Positions 39,434-52,414 of a stretch of DNA of 64,000 bases are shown here, one piece after another (position 1 is the stretch's first letter; each line of letters begins with the position of its first letter). The translations under genes were made by a program, and so were the position numbers. Source of the stretch: Octopus vulgaris (Eukaryota); assembly GCA_951406725.2 (NCBI GenBank), contig OX597816.1, positions 179,366,001 to 179,430,000 of the forward strand, in the 5' to 3' direction. The notes below the pieces were generated by a model that had not been told where the DNA came from, ran no database searches, and saw only the letters and a program-made list of their open reading frames with translations.

Positions 39434-40731
39434 AAACTACATGCACACACACACACATACATACACACCATTGTTTGTATCTTATTTGTTTTGTTTTTTG
39501 TTGTTTTTTTGTTTTGCTTTTTGTAGTAAAGTGATTTATAGTTTTGAAAACAACTATAATTGAGGAGCGACTCGCTCTGAATTAATCTGGTCCGCGCGAA
39601 TGTTTACATAAACTGCCAAAACTAACAACGGATTTCTGAAACTCTCATTGGTCGCTTCCTTTGATTCCGACAGTCTTATTTCTTCTGGTCTGGTTCAGGA
39701 AGTTGACATTATTTTTTGCACTAAATGCCGTCTCAAGGAACGGGTACATTGTCCACGAGCCTCACCGGTCTAGAGGCTCAATGCTAATCTTATGTATGCA
39801 GTGTTTTGCTATCAATAAACAAATACTACAAAGCCAGAGTGCACGGCTTTGTTCGCGGGTTTTATAATGTTATTTAGACGGTTCTGTTTGTACTCGTACC
39901 ACCTTAGATGGGGGTTCATCACTTTCACAGACTTTCTCTTACTTGTTTTAGTCATTAGACTGCGGCCATGCTAGAGCATCGCAAATAACTGTCTTGTCTA
40001 ACTGGTCTTTTGTGAGGTTGGTGTTTTCAAGTCCGCATTCATTTTTACGGGTTGTGCACCGCTTAGTCTGCCTATAAGGCACTGGAGAACCTCGAATGAT
40101 GTAGGCCCTTACAAAGCAGAGAAGTAGTCGCGAAAAAAAGAAGAAAAAAAGAGAATCGGATATCAAAACGGCTAATAGTATTACTTCACATTGACTGCTT
40201 CATCTCCTTAACTATTTCCCCCTCTTCCATCGGCCCCTCTTCCTTGCACCAGGTACAATAAGGCTGAGCTCACTGCGTGAAGGAAGAATGAAATTCTTAA
40301 TGTTGAAAGAGCTTGAAAAAATCAGTTTGTCTTTTGGTGGGTGCGCCTTAGCAAACTGATGACCTGCTGTTTAAGTGATGGGAAATGTTGGTGGATATCA
40401 AATCACACACACACACCCTTTATCAGTCAACGGATTGCAGCCAAGCTGGTGCAGTCCTTGAAGGGTTTAGTCGCACAAACCCACCCTAGTACTCATCTCT
40501 TTAAAATAAGTCTGGCACTTATTATATCGGTCTCTTTTGCCTAAACCGTAAGTTTACGGGGTTGTCAAGCGCTGGGGAGGGACTTACACACACACATATA
40601 TATATATTATAATAAGAGATACGATGGTCTTTCACACAGTTTCCATCAACCAAATTCATTAGTTGGGTAGAAACAATGTGGTTGCAAGGCGAGCTTCTTA
40701 ATCACGCATCCATGTGTGTGTTTGTGTACAA

Positions 40732-40777
<46 letters not shown>

Positions 40778-41373
40778 CTATATATGTACACGCAGAAACA
40801 CTCATCAACGCTTATCATATGTTTCGTTTTGTAAAAGAAAAAGTAACGTGTTTATGGCAAAATAGAATAAATAAGTAAATAAGTAAATATTGAGATCCAG
40901 TTCAGTGTGAAATGCCCTCGCTCGTGTGAATGTTTACATAAGCTGCCAAAACCAACAACAGATTTCCTAAAATCTCATTGGTTACTTTCTCTGATTCCGA
41001 TGAACTTCTTAGGTTTTCTTTTTTCATTTCTTCCTCTTCTCATCGTGTCTAATATTCTTATGTGAAGACATGGAATGAAGTGAAAGTTGACACAGAATAT
41101 CTCGCAGAATTAAGTGGCTTCCTCTTTTGGTTGGTATGTGAATGTTTGGAAAATACGCACAAACACCTACATACATACACACACACACGTGAGGGAGCAG
41201 GTACGAGGAGTCACCTATATTTCTAAGAGCATTACAGGTGCAAAACCAATGGTTAGTTCTTGACCAGCCATAACCAACGGCTATATTATATATATGTACA
41301 CACATATAATAGGTGCAGGCGCGACTGTGTGGTAGAAGCTTGCTTCCCAACAACATGGTTTCGGGTTCAATCG

Positions 41374-41532
41374 AAGGAGAGGAGCTGCCAGACGAGATGG
41401 TGAAGATGCCGACGACCGCTTTGTTCAAAGCCTCCCTGGACCTCAAGTGGCCTGAACTCTTTACATGAACACCACCCTGTACTTAACTCCATGTCCCCCT
41501 ACATGGCCTTGCTATTTGCTTTTGAGCCAAAT

Positions 41533-41568
<36 letters not shown>
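41374..41568 (+). mobile_element. 3' end of a CR1-type LINE with (CTAA)n tail
   Basis: ELPDEMVKMPTTALFKASLDLKWPELFT* resembles the CR1 ORF2 C-terminus (LP..VV.A.S...FK..LD), followed by a short UTR and (ctaa)n. Confidence 0.75.
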
Positions 41569-41569
<1 letters not shown>

Positions 41570-41647
41570 TTGGGCAAGTGGCTTCTACTATAGCTAGGGC
41601 CGACCAAAGCCTTGTGAGTGAATTTGGTTGACAGAAACTGAAAAAAG

Positions 41648-42066
41648 AGATCTTTTCGGTTTGAACGGCAGTTTTTAACATAATTTCTAGGTAACTAAAA
41701 AATTTAAAACTTCGTATACTGGTAGAATGTGTTTATAAAACATCTTTTTCTCTTGGCTTTATTGAGAAAATTCTATAGTTTGTAAGATATTTGTTGTTTT
41801 TTTTCTTCAATTTCTGCAATTTCAACCAATCGCTGACGTCTATTGAGGTAAAAAACATTCTGTGCCGAATGAATATGTCCATGTTTAGGAAACAGATTGG
41901 GTTTATTTACATTTGTGAAGAAAAAAAAAAGATACCCTTCCCCCCACCCCTAACCCTAACCCTAAAAGATATTGAAATGCAATAGATCGATACTAGGGTC
42001 ATAATTATGGGTGACAATTTCATATGGCACCACTAGAAAAAACTGCTGTTCAAACCGAAAAGTTCC
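41648..42066. mobile_element. MITE with about 29-bp TIRs and 8-bp TSD (Merlin-like)
   Basis: TIR (ggaa/agat)cttttcggtttgaac(g/a)gcagttttt. TSD gaaaaaag at 41640-41647 and 42067-42074. Internal (CCCTAA)3. Confidence 0.8.
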
Positions 42067-42247
42067 GAAAAAAGTCCATCGTATGTATATGTTTGTCTCC
42101 CCACCATCGCTTGACAATCGATGTTGGTGTGTTTACGTACCCACTACTTAGTGGTTCGGCAAAAGAGACCAATAGAAGAAGTACTAGGCTTGCAAAGAAT
42201 AAGTCCTAGGGGCGATTTGTTTGACTAAATGACTGAAACAAGTAAAA

Positions 42248-42294
<47 letters not shown>

Positions 42295-42390
42295 TAATCC
42301 AAACATGAAAACACAAAGAGAAAACACAACACGAGGACATGGAACAAATATAGTATTATTGGACGCTCAGGAAGGAAGGGAAGAAGGAGG

Positions 42391-42425
42391 GTTTTACGTT
42401 TCGAGTGGAGCTCTTTGTCAGAAAC
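42391..42425 (-). ncRNA. Minimal hammerhead motif, core mutated (G8A)
   Basis: gttt CTGACAA a gag ctcca ctc GAAA cg TA aaac, with a palindromic ACGT stem III. Confidence 0.6.
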
Positions 42426-42508
42426 ATAGGACAAGGTAAGATCCAGAGAAGAGAAGACGGAGGAGAAAAAATCGCCAACAGTACACACGTGGTCACATTT
42501 TGAATGAC

Positions 42509-42556
<48 letters not shown>

Positions 42557-42607
42557 AGATGTACTTGCATAGCAAGTGACCTGATCTGAGATAGTGTGCT
42601 GAAACGA

Positions 42608-42841
42608 AAACAATTGCAGCGTGGAAGGTGTTTATAAGCCATTTAAGAAACACACAAAAACCGTTAGATTCACTTCATCATTTAAATTTAATTTGCCAAA
42701 ATATTTTCGTCGCTTTGAGACCGCGACATGTTCACTAACAAAATTAAATCTAAATGGCAAATTAGATTTAAATGATGAAGTGAATCTAATGGTTTTTGTG
42801 TGTTTCTTAAATGGCTTATAAACACCTTCCATGCTACAATT

Positions 42842-42845
<4 letters not shown>
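42608..42845. mobile_element. Palindromic non-autonomous element (91-bp arms) next to (TA)n; extra arm copy at 42905-42950
   Basis: 42608-42698 is nearly the reverse complement of 42755-42845. Confidence 0.9.
42692..42742 (-). ncRNA. Minimal type I hammerhead motif with G3-C8 covariation
   Basis: tttgtta GTGAACA t gtcgc ggtctcaaa gcgac GAAA atat TT tggcaaa: 7-bp stem I, 5-bp stem II, palindromic AATATT stem III. Confidence 0.7.
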
Positions 42846-42903
<58 letters not shown>

Positions 42904-42947
42904 ATGTGTTTCTTAAATGGCTTATAAACACATTCCCCGCTGCAATT

Positions 42948-43006
<59 letters not shown>

Positions 43007-46000
43007 CATACATACATACATACATACATACATAGGTGCACACACATACACACAGAAATATATGCATATTTTATAGATATACACAATATTAATAATTGTA
43101 CATAGTTTTATCTGATTGAATGAATAAATGAAATTAAAGCATTAGCCTGATAGAATAGAGTTATATTATTTCATAGGATTATTTCATCAGATTATTTTGT
43201 TATATATATTTATAAAGATAGGATGATTATACTGAAGAATGAAGGATAAAATAAAGTTGAATGAAATTTACAGCTTGACTGTAGTAGCTTGGCAAATGGT
43301 AATTTTTTTTTCTTTTAGAGGCTGCTGGCTGAGAAAATCTATTGCATCAGTCCTCAAAATAATGCTGGTATTCGTTTTATCAACCCAGCAGGGATGAAGC
43401 AAAGTTGATCGGTTCAGGTTTTGATGACATTGAACATATAATGCTAATTTCGCAATTAAACATGTTTTGATGAAAGGGTATGAGGAGTAATGACACTTAC
43501 CCCTGCCTAATAAGTCTAATAATGCAAAGTAAATGAACTAGTTCAAACTGGGAATTCAGATATGCTCACCAATAACTTACTGTCACCTTTTTAATGAAAG
43601 GAGTGAATGGGCCTAATTTTGTAAAGTAAAAAGACTATGAAGTGAGAGCAATTGAATTGATATTTTTATTTACATGGGTGGGCTGGTTAACTTGTTGAAA
43701 CAAATGTTTTTGCAGCTAAATACTCTTCCTACTGTGAAGTACAGACGACTTGTTCTGGGACCCAACACAATGGCAGTAATAACAGACCATATGCTCTGTT
43801 AAAGTAATGGACCACTGACCAATGTTATAAAACCAGGTCTTATTACAGTTATAGTAGGAAGTATCAAAGTGAAAAATATTTTATTTTGCTTGCTCCAGTT
43901 TACCTGAAAATGTACACAATTACGTGTAAAACAGGTTTTTTTTTAAAATCAACTGTTTCCTTTTTCTTACAAAATAGTTCTTGAAGAAAATTGACTGATA
44001 CAGTTTGTAGGTATCAACTAATTTATTGACCCCCTTTTTAGTCAATATTTTAGTATTTCTCGTCTATGCTGCACTGAGTCCTGAACCAAGACTAAACTCT
44101 TTTTAAATTGACCTGTTTAACTGTGTGTAGTTCAAGGTTACTATTGTAACAAACATAAATATACACAGGGTACAAATGAATGTTTAAAATTTTATATTGT
44201 AAAACTCTAATTTATATCAACTTCACTTTACAATTCAAAATGTGCAACTGATTAAAACCAACATATATCTCTAAAACATTTAATTCAATGGCAATTATAT
44301 GAAGAGACATTCAGCAACAACATATTTGAATTTTTGAAAATATAGGGAAAAACACTTTAAAAAAAGTGTTTGAAATGAAATTAAAGAAAAGGTACATATC
44401 GTAATTAATGTCAAAACAAACATTTTATTTTTTCATGTCACTATGGTTATCAACGAGCAAAAGCAGATAAAGCCCATACAATATAATAATTTGAGAGTGT
44501 ATTCATGAAATGTCAAATGTTTTTAAACTGAGCTAAGATAGGTTAAAAGGAACTGCACATTTTCTCTTCAAATAGATGAACTTTGCTAGTTGAGTAGTTT
44601 TGCTTGTGTTGGTACACTAAACTTATGAATGTAGTGCTGAAGAAAACTTATCAATCTCTCAGCTATGAGGAAAGTAATATTTAATTTAATTAATCTATTG
44701 TAGAAATATAAAATTTCCGAATAACTGTTCAAATATTTGGGTATGGGAAATTTCTGATCCTGTTGCAAAAATTAAAAAGTAAAATGTTTGATGCTGTTAA
44801 ACGAGTTGATTTTTAATACATCAAAGCCACTAAAGGCAACAATCTTCCATCTATGTTCAAGATATGGTAAGCCTGCATCCTTATCTCTATATACTCTAGT
44901 TATTGCTGATAAGTGTTGGCACAGTTTTATGAAGTATTTGAAGAACTTGGGTTATTTCTAAGAAAACCTTTTTAGACTTTCAACTAAACTAAAAGATTGA
45001 TTTGAAAGGGAGAAAATGATATAACTTTTTGATAGGATACCAATACAACATGGTGCAAAGTACAAAATATAATTAATCAACTTAAGTGTAAACAAAAACT
45101 GTTGTAGTGAGTTTGTAGCTATGGTTGATATTTAATGTTTTGAAAACTTTAAACATACCACTTCCACAGTGCATTCATAAAATGTCTAATTTTTATGAAA
45201 CTGAGCTAAGACATGTTATATATGAGCTCAGCATTCTCTCTTCAAATAGATGAGTCAACAGGCTAAGTCAGGATACAACAGGCTTAATTTTGCAACAATT
45301 GTGTTGTGTGTGTGTGTGTGAATCAGTAACAGGTAATTGTCTGATTGAAATTGAATATAATTTCAAATAGGTTTACAATTTTGGTTAAACTTAAGCAAAA
45401 AGACATCACAACAAATTTTACCTTAAAATCAAAAATCCAACTAGTAGAAATTACAAAAATTTGGTTCGCATTATTAATGAACTGTCAACCATAAATGCAA
45501 AAACTTAAACAGTATTAATGTGATTTCTAACTTCATATTTATGTGAAGGAACATTTTCGCTGTATTCAAAGACAAAAATAAATTTAGGGAAACTGATTTA
45601 AGGTTGCAAGTAACATCTATAATTCCAACATCGGGACTCTCTGTGATGAGAAACAGGCTTAATGAAGTTACTAACTTTTATCTTAATTGCAAAGTTTAAT
45701 TTTTCAAACCATTTAGGTAAGCAAAGTTACTAATTTATATTGGCACAGTGTTATTTTAAAGCTTATTTACTGCATGACAATATTTTTTAGAGCTATTTTA
45801 GGTTCTAAAAATTTTCTAATCTTCAAGATTACATAAATATAAAAAGTTTGAAAAACCTCAACACAGACTACTGAAAGTAGAGATAGCTAGGTGGATAGAG
45901 CATTAGATAACCAACAAAGAGGTTCATATCCTGTTCTGGCAATTCAGTGTGTTTGTGGTTAGAAGACATAACTCTGAAATTATTCAGTATACTAAACTGA

Positions 46001-47574
46001 AAATTATTACTCTACAGGTAGGAACATGTCACAAGTTTAAATAACAACAGTAGTTTTTTATAGTTGCAATGTTGAATTCAGTTTTATCAGTTTTTTTTTT
46101 TTATATATATTGTAAGTTAAGAGGAAGTGCTCTAGACAAATGATTTCATCTTGAATTTCCTGATAGATAACTACAGGGAAGATTTGAGCAAAATATTTAA
46201 TTAAGAGTTTTCTGGGGTGAGACACATAAAGATGATGAAAGAAGAACATGAGCCAATGTAGCAGTAGAAGAGATAAAAGGAGAACACAGTGTAGCAATAT
46301 CATAATGATTATTTGTATATACACCAACATTTTTTTCATTTGCTCGACAATTAGAATGCTGGTCAATATAGCAACTACTTGTTTCAGATGCATGAGCAGT
46401 GTGTAGTGCGTGGTATACATGTAGTCTATATAAAGTTAACAAGTGTTCAGAATTGAAGTAATTTCTAGCTCTGGAGAGAAAGCAATTTTAGTTCTTTTAC
46501 AAATGATGCCACCATGGGAGGCTTAAATTTTGCAAACTAGTGAAAGTTTTACTTGCAAATTGTTTGTATGTATGTGTGCATGCATGCATGGATGTACACC
46601 TGCATGTGTGTATGTGTGTCTGTACATGTATGTATGTAATTATACACACAGGCATACTACCTTGGATCTAGATGAACCATCCAAGCCATGCTAGCATGAC
46701 AAACAGACTGAACCACTCCATCATCGTCACCACTTTATTCCTCTCCCCTTCTTTTTCATGCTTATCCCTGACATTACTCTTCCCCTTTCTCTCTCCATTA
46801 CTCCCACCCAACCATTCTCCCTTCTTTATTCTTTCCTCACAATAAATCTGCTCCATCCATAATGCTTGGCAGAGTGGTGGAGGCTTTCTTTTTCATTGCA
46901 TGCTGCTAAGTAAAATGCTGGTGTGACAAAACATAGCCAGTGCACTTTGTGTAAGTGGAGGGTAATTGATTCAAGCAGTAACAATGCAAGGCTTGAGAAG
47001 GGTCTTTAGTCTTAGTAGCAGCAAAGCAACCTCTATAGAGCTGGTACTACAAAAAAGAAAAAGCATCTGGTACACTCTGATTGGTATTAGGAAGGGCATC
47101 AGCCTGTAGAAATTGTCAAAAATGAGACACTGAAGCAAGATGGGACATTAAGACTTGTTGGATCCTGTGTAAGCATTCAGCCTCTGCATGGAAATTGGAC
47201 ATAAACTGATGAGGACTTACATCTATTCATTTATTTATTTTACATCCATTTTTCTATGCTACTGTAAATTAGATGAATATATTATTGAAGCATTGTTTTA
47301 CAGACAAATGCTGTCCCAGTTGCTAACCCTTACCTATTTTTCAAGCAAAGGCATGAAGTGATTGCATAAGTTATTGAGAGGAAAAGTGCCAACAACAACA
47401 CTACTCAAACTTGTAACTTTTGAATAAGCTGTTACAGTTGCAAACAAACATGCAGACATACAACTACACACACACACACACACACACACGTGTATGTATC
47501 GATATTACATATACAGGACATAAAATGTCTTTAATTCAAAACAGATCCAGAAATTAATGCAAGCATTTGTCAGC

Positions 47575-48025
47575 ATTTCTGTGAACTGGTGGAATGTTAA
47601 GGCATTCAAGAAAATGTCTTGCAGTCTTTAGTCACATCCCTTTACATACTGAATTCAAATCCTGCTGAAGCAACTTGCTTTTCCTCCTTTCATAGTCAAT
47701 CAAATAAGTATTGTCAATCAGTCAATCAATTTGACTGTTCCTCCACACAAAATTTCTAACCAAGCACCAGTGTTACAAATTGATATTTATGATCTTTTGA
47801 TGTGGTTATTATTATTTTTATTCCTTTCTATTATAAGCACAAGGTCTGAAATTTGGTCTAGTCCATTATACTGATCCCAGTGCTTGGCTAGTACTTATTT
47901 TATCAACCCCCAAAAAGATGAAAGGCAAAATCAATCATGGCAGAATTTGAAATCAGAATGTAAAGACACATGAAATGCTACTAAGCATTTTACCCAGTGT
48001 GCTAATAATTTTGTCAGCTCACCAT
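47575..48025. mobile_element. Tail-to-tail inverted pair of SINE family B copies
   Basis: + copy at about 47575-47780 and - copy at about 47820-48025. Confidence 0.7.
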
Positions 48026-48366
48026 TTGGCTTTTATAATAAATATTAACAATTAACATATTACAAACATTATAAGCTTTGATAAGATAATAATTAACATT
48101 TGTATATTGGTTATGATTGTACAAACAACATTTTCCTTTCTTGTCTCCCAGATATACACTCCCAAAAACTCATGTATAGATATCAAGTTTATTTGTCATT
48201 TTGTCAAAATATAATTTAGAATTAGTCAAGCAGACTAGAAAAGAGAGTAAAAATATGTTACTGTAACTGCAATTTCTTATTTTATCTCTGGAATGAAAGT
48301 AAATATTTAAGCAAGAAAAGATATCAATTGGACAATATTTGCCATTGATTTACAGTTTAGATTTTT

Positions 48367-48679
48367 TTTAATGTGTGTTTTTCTTTGTAAATATTCCTAT
48401 GTCTAATAAAAGGATAAAAAAAAATAAAAGAACAGTTTTTTACAGATGTAGAAAATTTCCCAAAATTTTGATGAGCTCATTTGCTTTTGCACAACTTAGT
48501 AAACTGGATACACATTTATTGATTTTGTAGTCCCTGTAAGACAGTAATGTTATAATTTTTTTTGATAACAAAAAATTTGGTTTTTGAAGTGTGTTTTTCT
48601 TTGCAAATATTCCTATTTCTATTAAAAAGGATTTTAAAAAAATTAAAGAACAGTCTTTTACAGATGTAAAAAAATTTTC
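48367..48679. repeat. About 95-bp diverged direct repeat (period about 217 bp)
   Basis: gtgtgtttttctttg(t/c)aaatattcctat...aaagaacagt.ttttacagatgta occurs twice. Confidence 0.85.
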
Positions 48680-49443
48680 GTTCCATGGTGTCATTTCAAT
48701 TAAAGTAAAGGGTCTTATTGAAATCAATATACAATACTTGGGGCCTGCAGTTTATTAGTTTTGAATCTTCCCAAACGATGAATCATATTTCAATTATGTC
48801 ACTGAGAGTACTGGAGCACTCAGCTAACAGTTGCAAAAGTAATAAATAAATAAAACATACAGGATTTGTATCCATATGTATAAAACTGAGAATGTGTGTG
48901 TGAGTGCATGTGTATGTATGCATCACTAGAACTCAAGAACTAACCAACTGATTTCATTCAAGGTTTACACATGCATTACTTAGGCTCCATGGAGTGTCAT
49001 GGGCAAAAAAAAAATGTTCAACTTCTTGCCTAATGTGAGCCCAGATAAAATCTCTTAGACTGTTTCAGTATTATGTGTCAAAGCAGAAACAATGACATCT
49101 CTATTGTAACGTGATATAAAAGTTTCACATTTAGAAATTCAATATTTCTAATTTCGGTGATCAGTAAATAAATTTTACTGATAATATGATATATTTGCAA
49201 AGGGGTTGCAGTCATCTCAGCGAGCGAGACTGGCTGCCCTGGACCGACAACGAGCAATAGACTCAGAAACATAAGTCTTCAGGTGCTTAGTCCAAGCTGG
49301 CGGGGGTGATTGCCTCCCCTTTGCAAATATAAGGACACAGAAAATATGTCAAAGCTGACAGGAGACGTCGATGTTTCCTAGGGTTAAATGGCAGTGGTGT
49401 AATTCCCTTACAAGACTGTCACATTGAGTTGACAGTATACGAC

Positions 49444-49446
<3 letters not shown>

Positions 49447-49503
<57 letters not shown>

Positions 49504-49532
49504 ATATATATATATGTATATATATGTATAAA

Positions 49533-49563
<31 letters not shown>

Positions 49564-49593
49564 GTATTATATATGTATATATATATCTATATA

Positions 49594-49644
<51 letters not shown>

Positions 49645-49785
49645 GTATATATATGCATGTATATATATATGCATATATATATACATATATGTATATATAT
49701 ATGCATATATATATACATGCATATATATACATACACACATGTGTATATACACATGAGTATATATATTTATGTATAAATATATAAA
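49447..49785. repeat. Degenerate (TA)n/(TATG)n tract
   Basis: Seen directly in the sequence. Confidence 0.95.
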
Positions 49786-49796
49786 TAATGATATAT

Positions 49797-52100
49797 CATC
49801 ATCATCATTTAATGTCCATTCTCCATGCTAGCATGGGTTGGACTGTTCGACAGGGGATCTGGGAAGCCAGAAGGCTGCCCCAGGCTCCAGTCTGATCTGG
49901 CAGTGTTTCTACAGCTGGATGCCCTTCCTAACGCCAACCACTCCGAGAGTGTAGTGGGTGCTTTTTACGTGCCAGGTGAGGCTGGCAACGGCCACGATTG
50001 GATTGGTGCTTTTTACGTGCCACCGGCACAGAAGCCAGTCTAGGTGCCGCTGGCATTGGCCACGTTTGGATGGTACTTTTTACATGCCAGTGGCACGGAA
50101 GCCAGTCTAGGCGGCGCTGGCATCGGCCACGTTCAGATGGTGCTTTTTATGTGCCACCGGCACAGGGACCACAACTGCAGTTTCCATTGATCTTTGATGT
50201 TGGTGTCCTTGACTCAATGGATCTCTTCAAGCACAGGGTCAAAACAGTGTTTCTTTACTTGCCACCTGCACAGGAGTCAGTCCAGCAGCCCTGGAAACTG
50301 CCGGGTGCCAGTCATAGGATTGTCTCAACAGGTCTTCGTGTGTCCAAGGAAGGAAAGGCATGCATAAGTGGGCTGGCTACATCCCTGGCAAGGGACACAG
50401 GATGGACTCACTTGTTCTGCCGGGTCTTCTCACGTACAGCATATTTCCAAAGGTCTCGGGCACTAGTCATTGCCTCGGTGAGGCCTAATGTTCGAAGGTC
50501 GTGCTTCACCACCTCGTCCCAGGTTTTCCTGGGTCTGCCTCTTCCACGGGTTCCCTCAACTGCTAGGGATTGGCACTTTTTCACACACCTATCTTCATCC
50601 ATTCTTGCCACATGACCATACCAGTATAGCCCTCTCTCTTGCACACCACAACTGATGCTTCTTAGGTCCAACTTCTCTCTCAAGGTACTTACACTCTGTC
50701 GAATATGAACACTGACATTACACATCCATCGGAGCATACTGGCTTCATTCCTCATGATGTTACGCATGTCCTCAGCAGTCAGGCCCATGTTTCACTGCCA
50801 TGTAGCATGGCTGTTTGTACACATGCATCATACAGTCTGCCTTTTACTCTGAGCGAGAGGCCTTTTGTCACCAGCAGGGGTAAGAGCTCTCTGAACTTTG
50901 CCCAGGCTATTCTTACTCTAGCAGTTACACTTTCAGCACACCCACCCCCGCTACTGACTTGGTCACCTAGGTAACGGAAGCTATCAACTACTTCTAGTTT
51001 TTCCCCCTGGAAAGTGACGGAAGATGTTTTCTGCAGATTTTCAGTGTTTATTGCTCCTGAGCATCTGCCTCATACAATAACTATCTTCCCAGTTCGCCTT
51101 CCTTTGACATTGCTGCACCTCTTAAGTGTCCATAGCTTACACTGGGTACATCTTATAGAGTTTCTACCTACGCCTTTTCTATAGATCGAGCAGGTGTTTG
51201 TGGTTTGTCTACCTTCCTACTTATTAGGACTTTTGTTTTAGTTAGGTTGGTTTGTCTACCTTCCTACTTATTAGGACTTTTGTTTTAGTTAGGTTGACTC
51301 TAAGACCCTTCGATTCTAATCCTTCCTTCCACACCTGAAACTTCTCCTCCTGTTCTGATAGTGACTCAGCAATTAGAGCAAGATCGTCAGCGTAGAGGAG
51401 CTCCCAGAGACATCCTGTCTTGAATTCCTCTGTAATTGCCTGGAGGACTATGATAAATAGGAGGGGGCTGAGGACTGAACCCTGGTGGACCCCAACCTCT
51501 ACCTTGAATTCTTCAGTGTACATGTTGCCAACCCTTACCTTACTTACAGCGTACCTGTACATGGCTTGCACAGCTCTCACTAGCCATTCATCTATCCCTA
51601 ATTTCCTCATTGACCACCAGATAAGGGATCGGGGGACCCTGTCAAAGGCTTTCTCCATGTCAACAAAAGCCAGGTACAGGGGCTTATCTTTGGCTAGGTA
51701 TTTTTCCTGCAGCTGTCTCACCAGGAATATGGCATCAGTGGTGCTTTTCCCTGGCACGAACCCAAACTGCATCTCGTCCAAGTTGACTCTCTCCCTAATC
51801 AATTGGGCTATGACCCTCTCCGTAACCTTCATTACCTGATCCAACAGCTTCATACCTCTGTAATTATTTGTATCTAGGGCGTCACCTTTACCTTTGTTGA
51901 CTATTATGTCACCTTTACCAGTTGACTATTATGCTGCTACACCAGTCATTGGGTATGACTCCTTCGTGTATCACCTGGTTAACTATACAAGTGACTAGGC
52001 TATAGCTGACACTGCTAGATATTTTGAGCATCTCTGCAGTAATTCCTGATGGGCCTGGGGCTTTCCCTATCTTCATGCTTCTAATTGCCTTTACTACCAA
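49797..52100 (-). mobile_element. 5'-truncated RTE-clade LINE (RT, 3'UTR with tandem repeats, (GAT)n tail)
   Basis: KAPGPSGI, QFGFVPGKSTTDAIF, AFVDMEKAFDRV, GVHQGSVLSPLLF, LYADD, WYGHVARM, GRGRPRKTW. Frameshifts arise from small duplications. Confidence 0.97.
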
Positions 52101-52151
52101 AGAATATATATATATTTATGCTTAAATATTGCTTAACCATATTCTCGCACC

Positions 52152-52344
52152 ATCTCCGATGACAGGACATATAAAATATCCCGGAAGCAGCTGTAAGACC
52201 TTCTCTTTATAAATGTTCAGGAATCTTTCACAGCCTTGGATTTTTATCTCATTCTGTTAATTTATATATATATATAGGGAGATTTTACGAAAAAAACAAA
52301 GGACAAAGAGAGGTGGTGTATTAGTATAACGCTCAAGAATAGAA

Positions 52345-52414
<70 letters not shown>

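Larger units (their letters stand above)
41313..42250 (+). mobile_element. SINE family A split by two insertions
   Basis: Head 41313-41372, middle 41569-41647 and tail 42067-42250 are collinear with the 30767 copy. Confidence 0.85.

Noticed and set aside
41948-41965. Interstitial telomere
   Set aside because: Only three units, internal to a MITE.
49955-50270. CRISPR-like spaced repeats (ggtgctttttacgtgcca)
   Set aside because: Tandem repeats of the RTE 3'UTR; the spacers are homologous, the context is eukaryotic, and there are no cas genes.
49998-50615. 205-aa + strand ORF (also 51420-51839, 21637-22035 and 22553-22816)
   Set aside because: Antisense shadows of LINE ORF2 or UTR.
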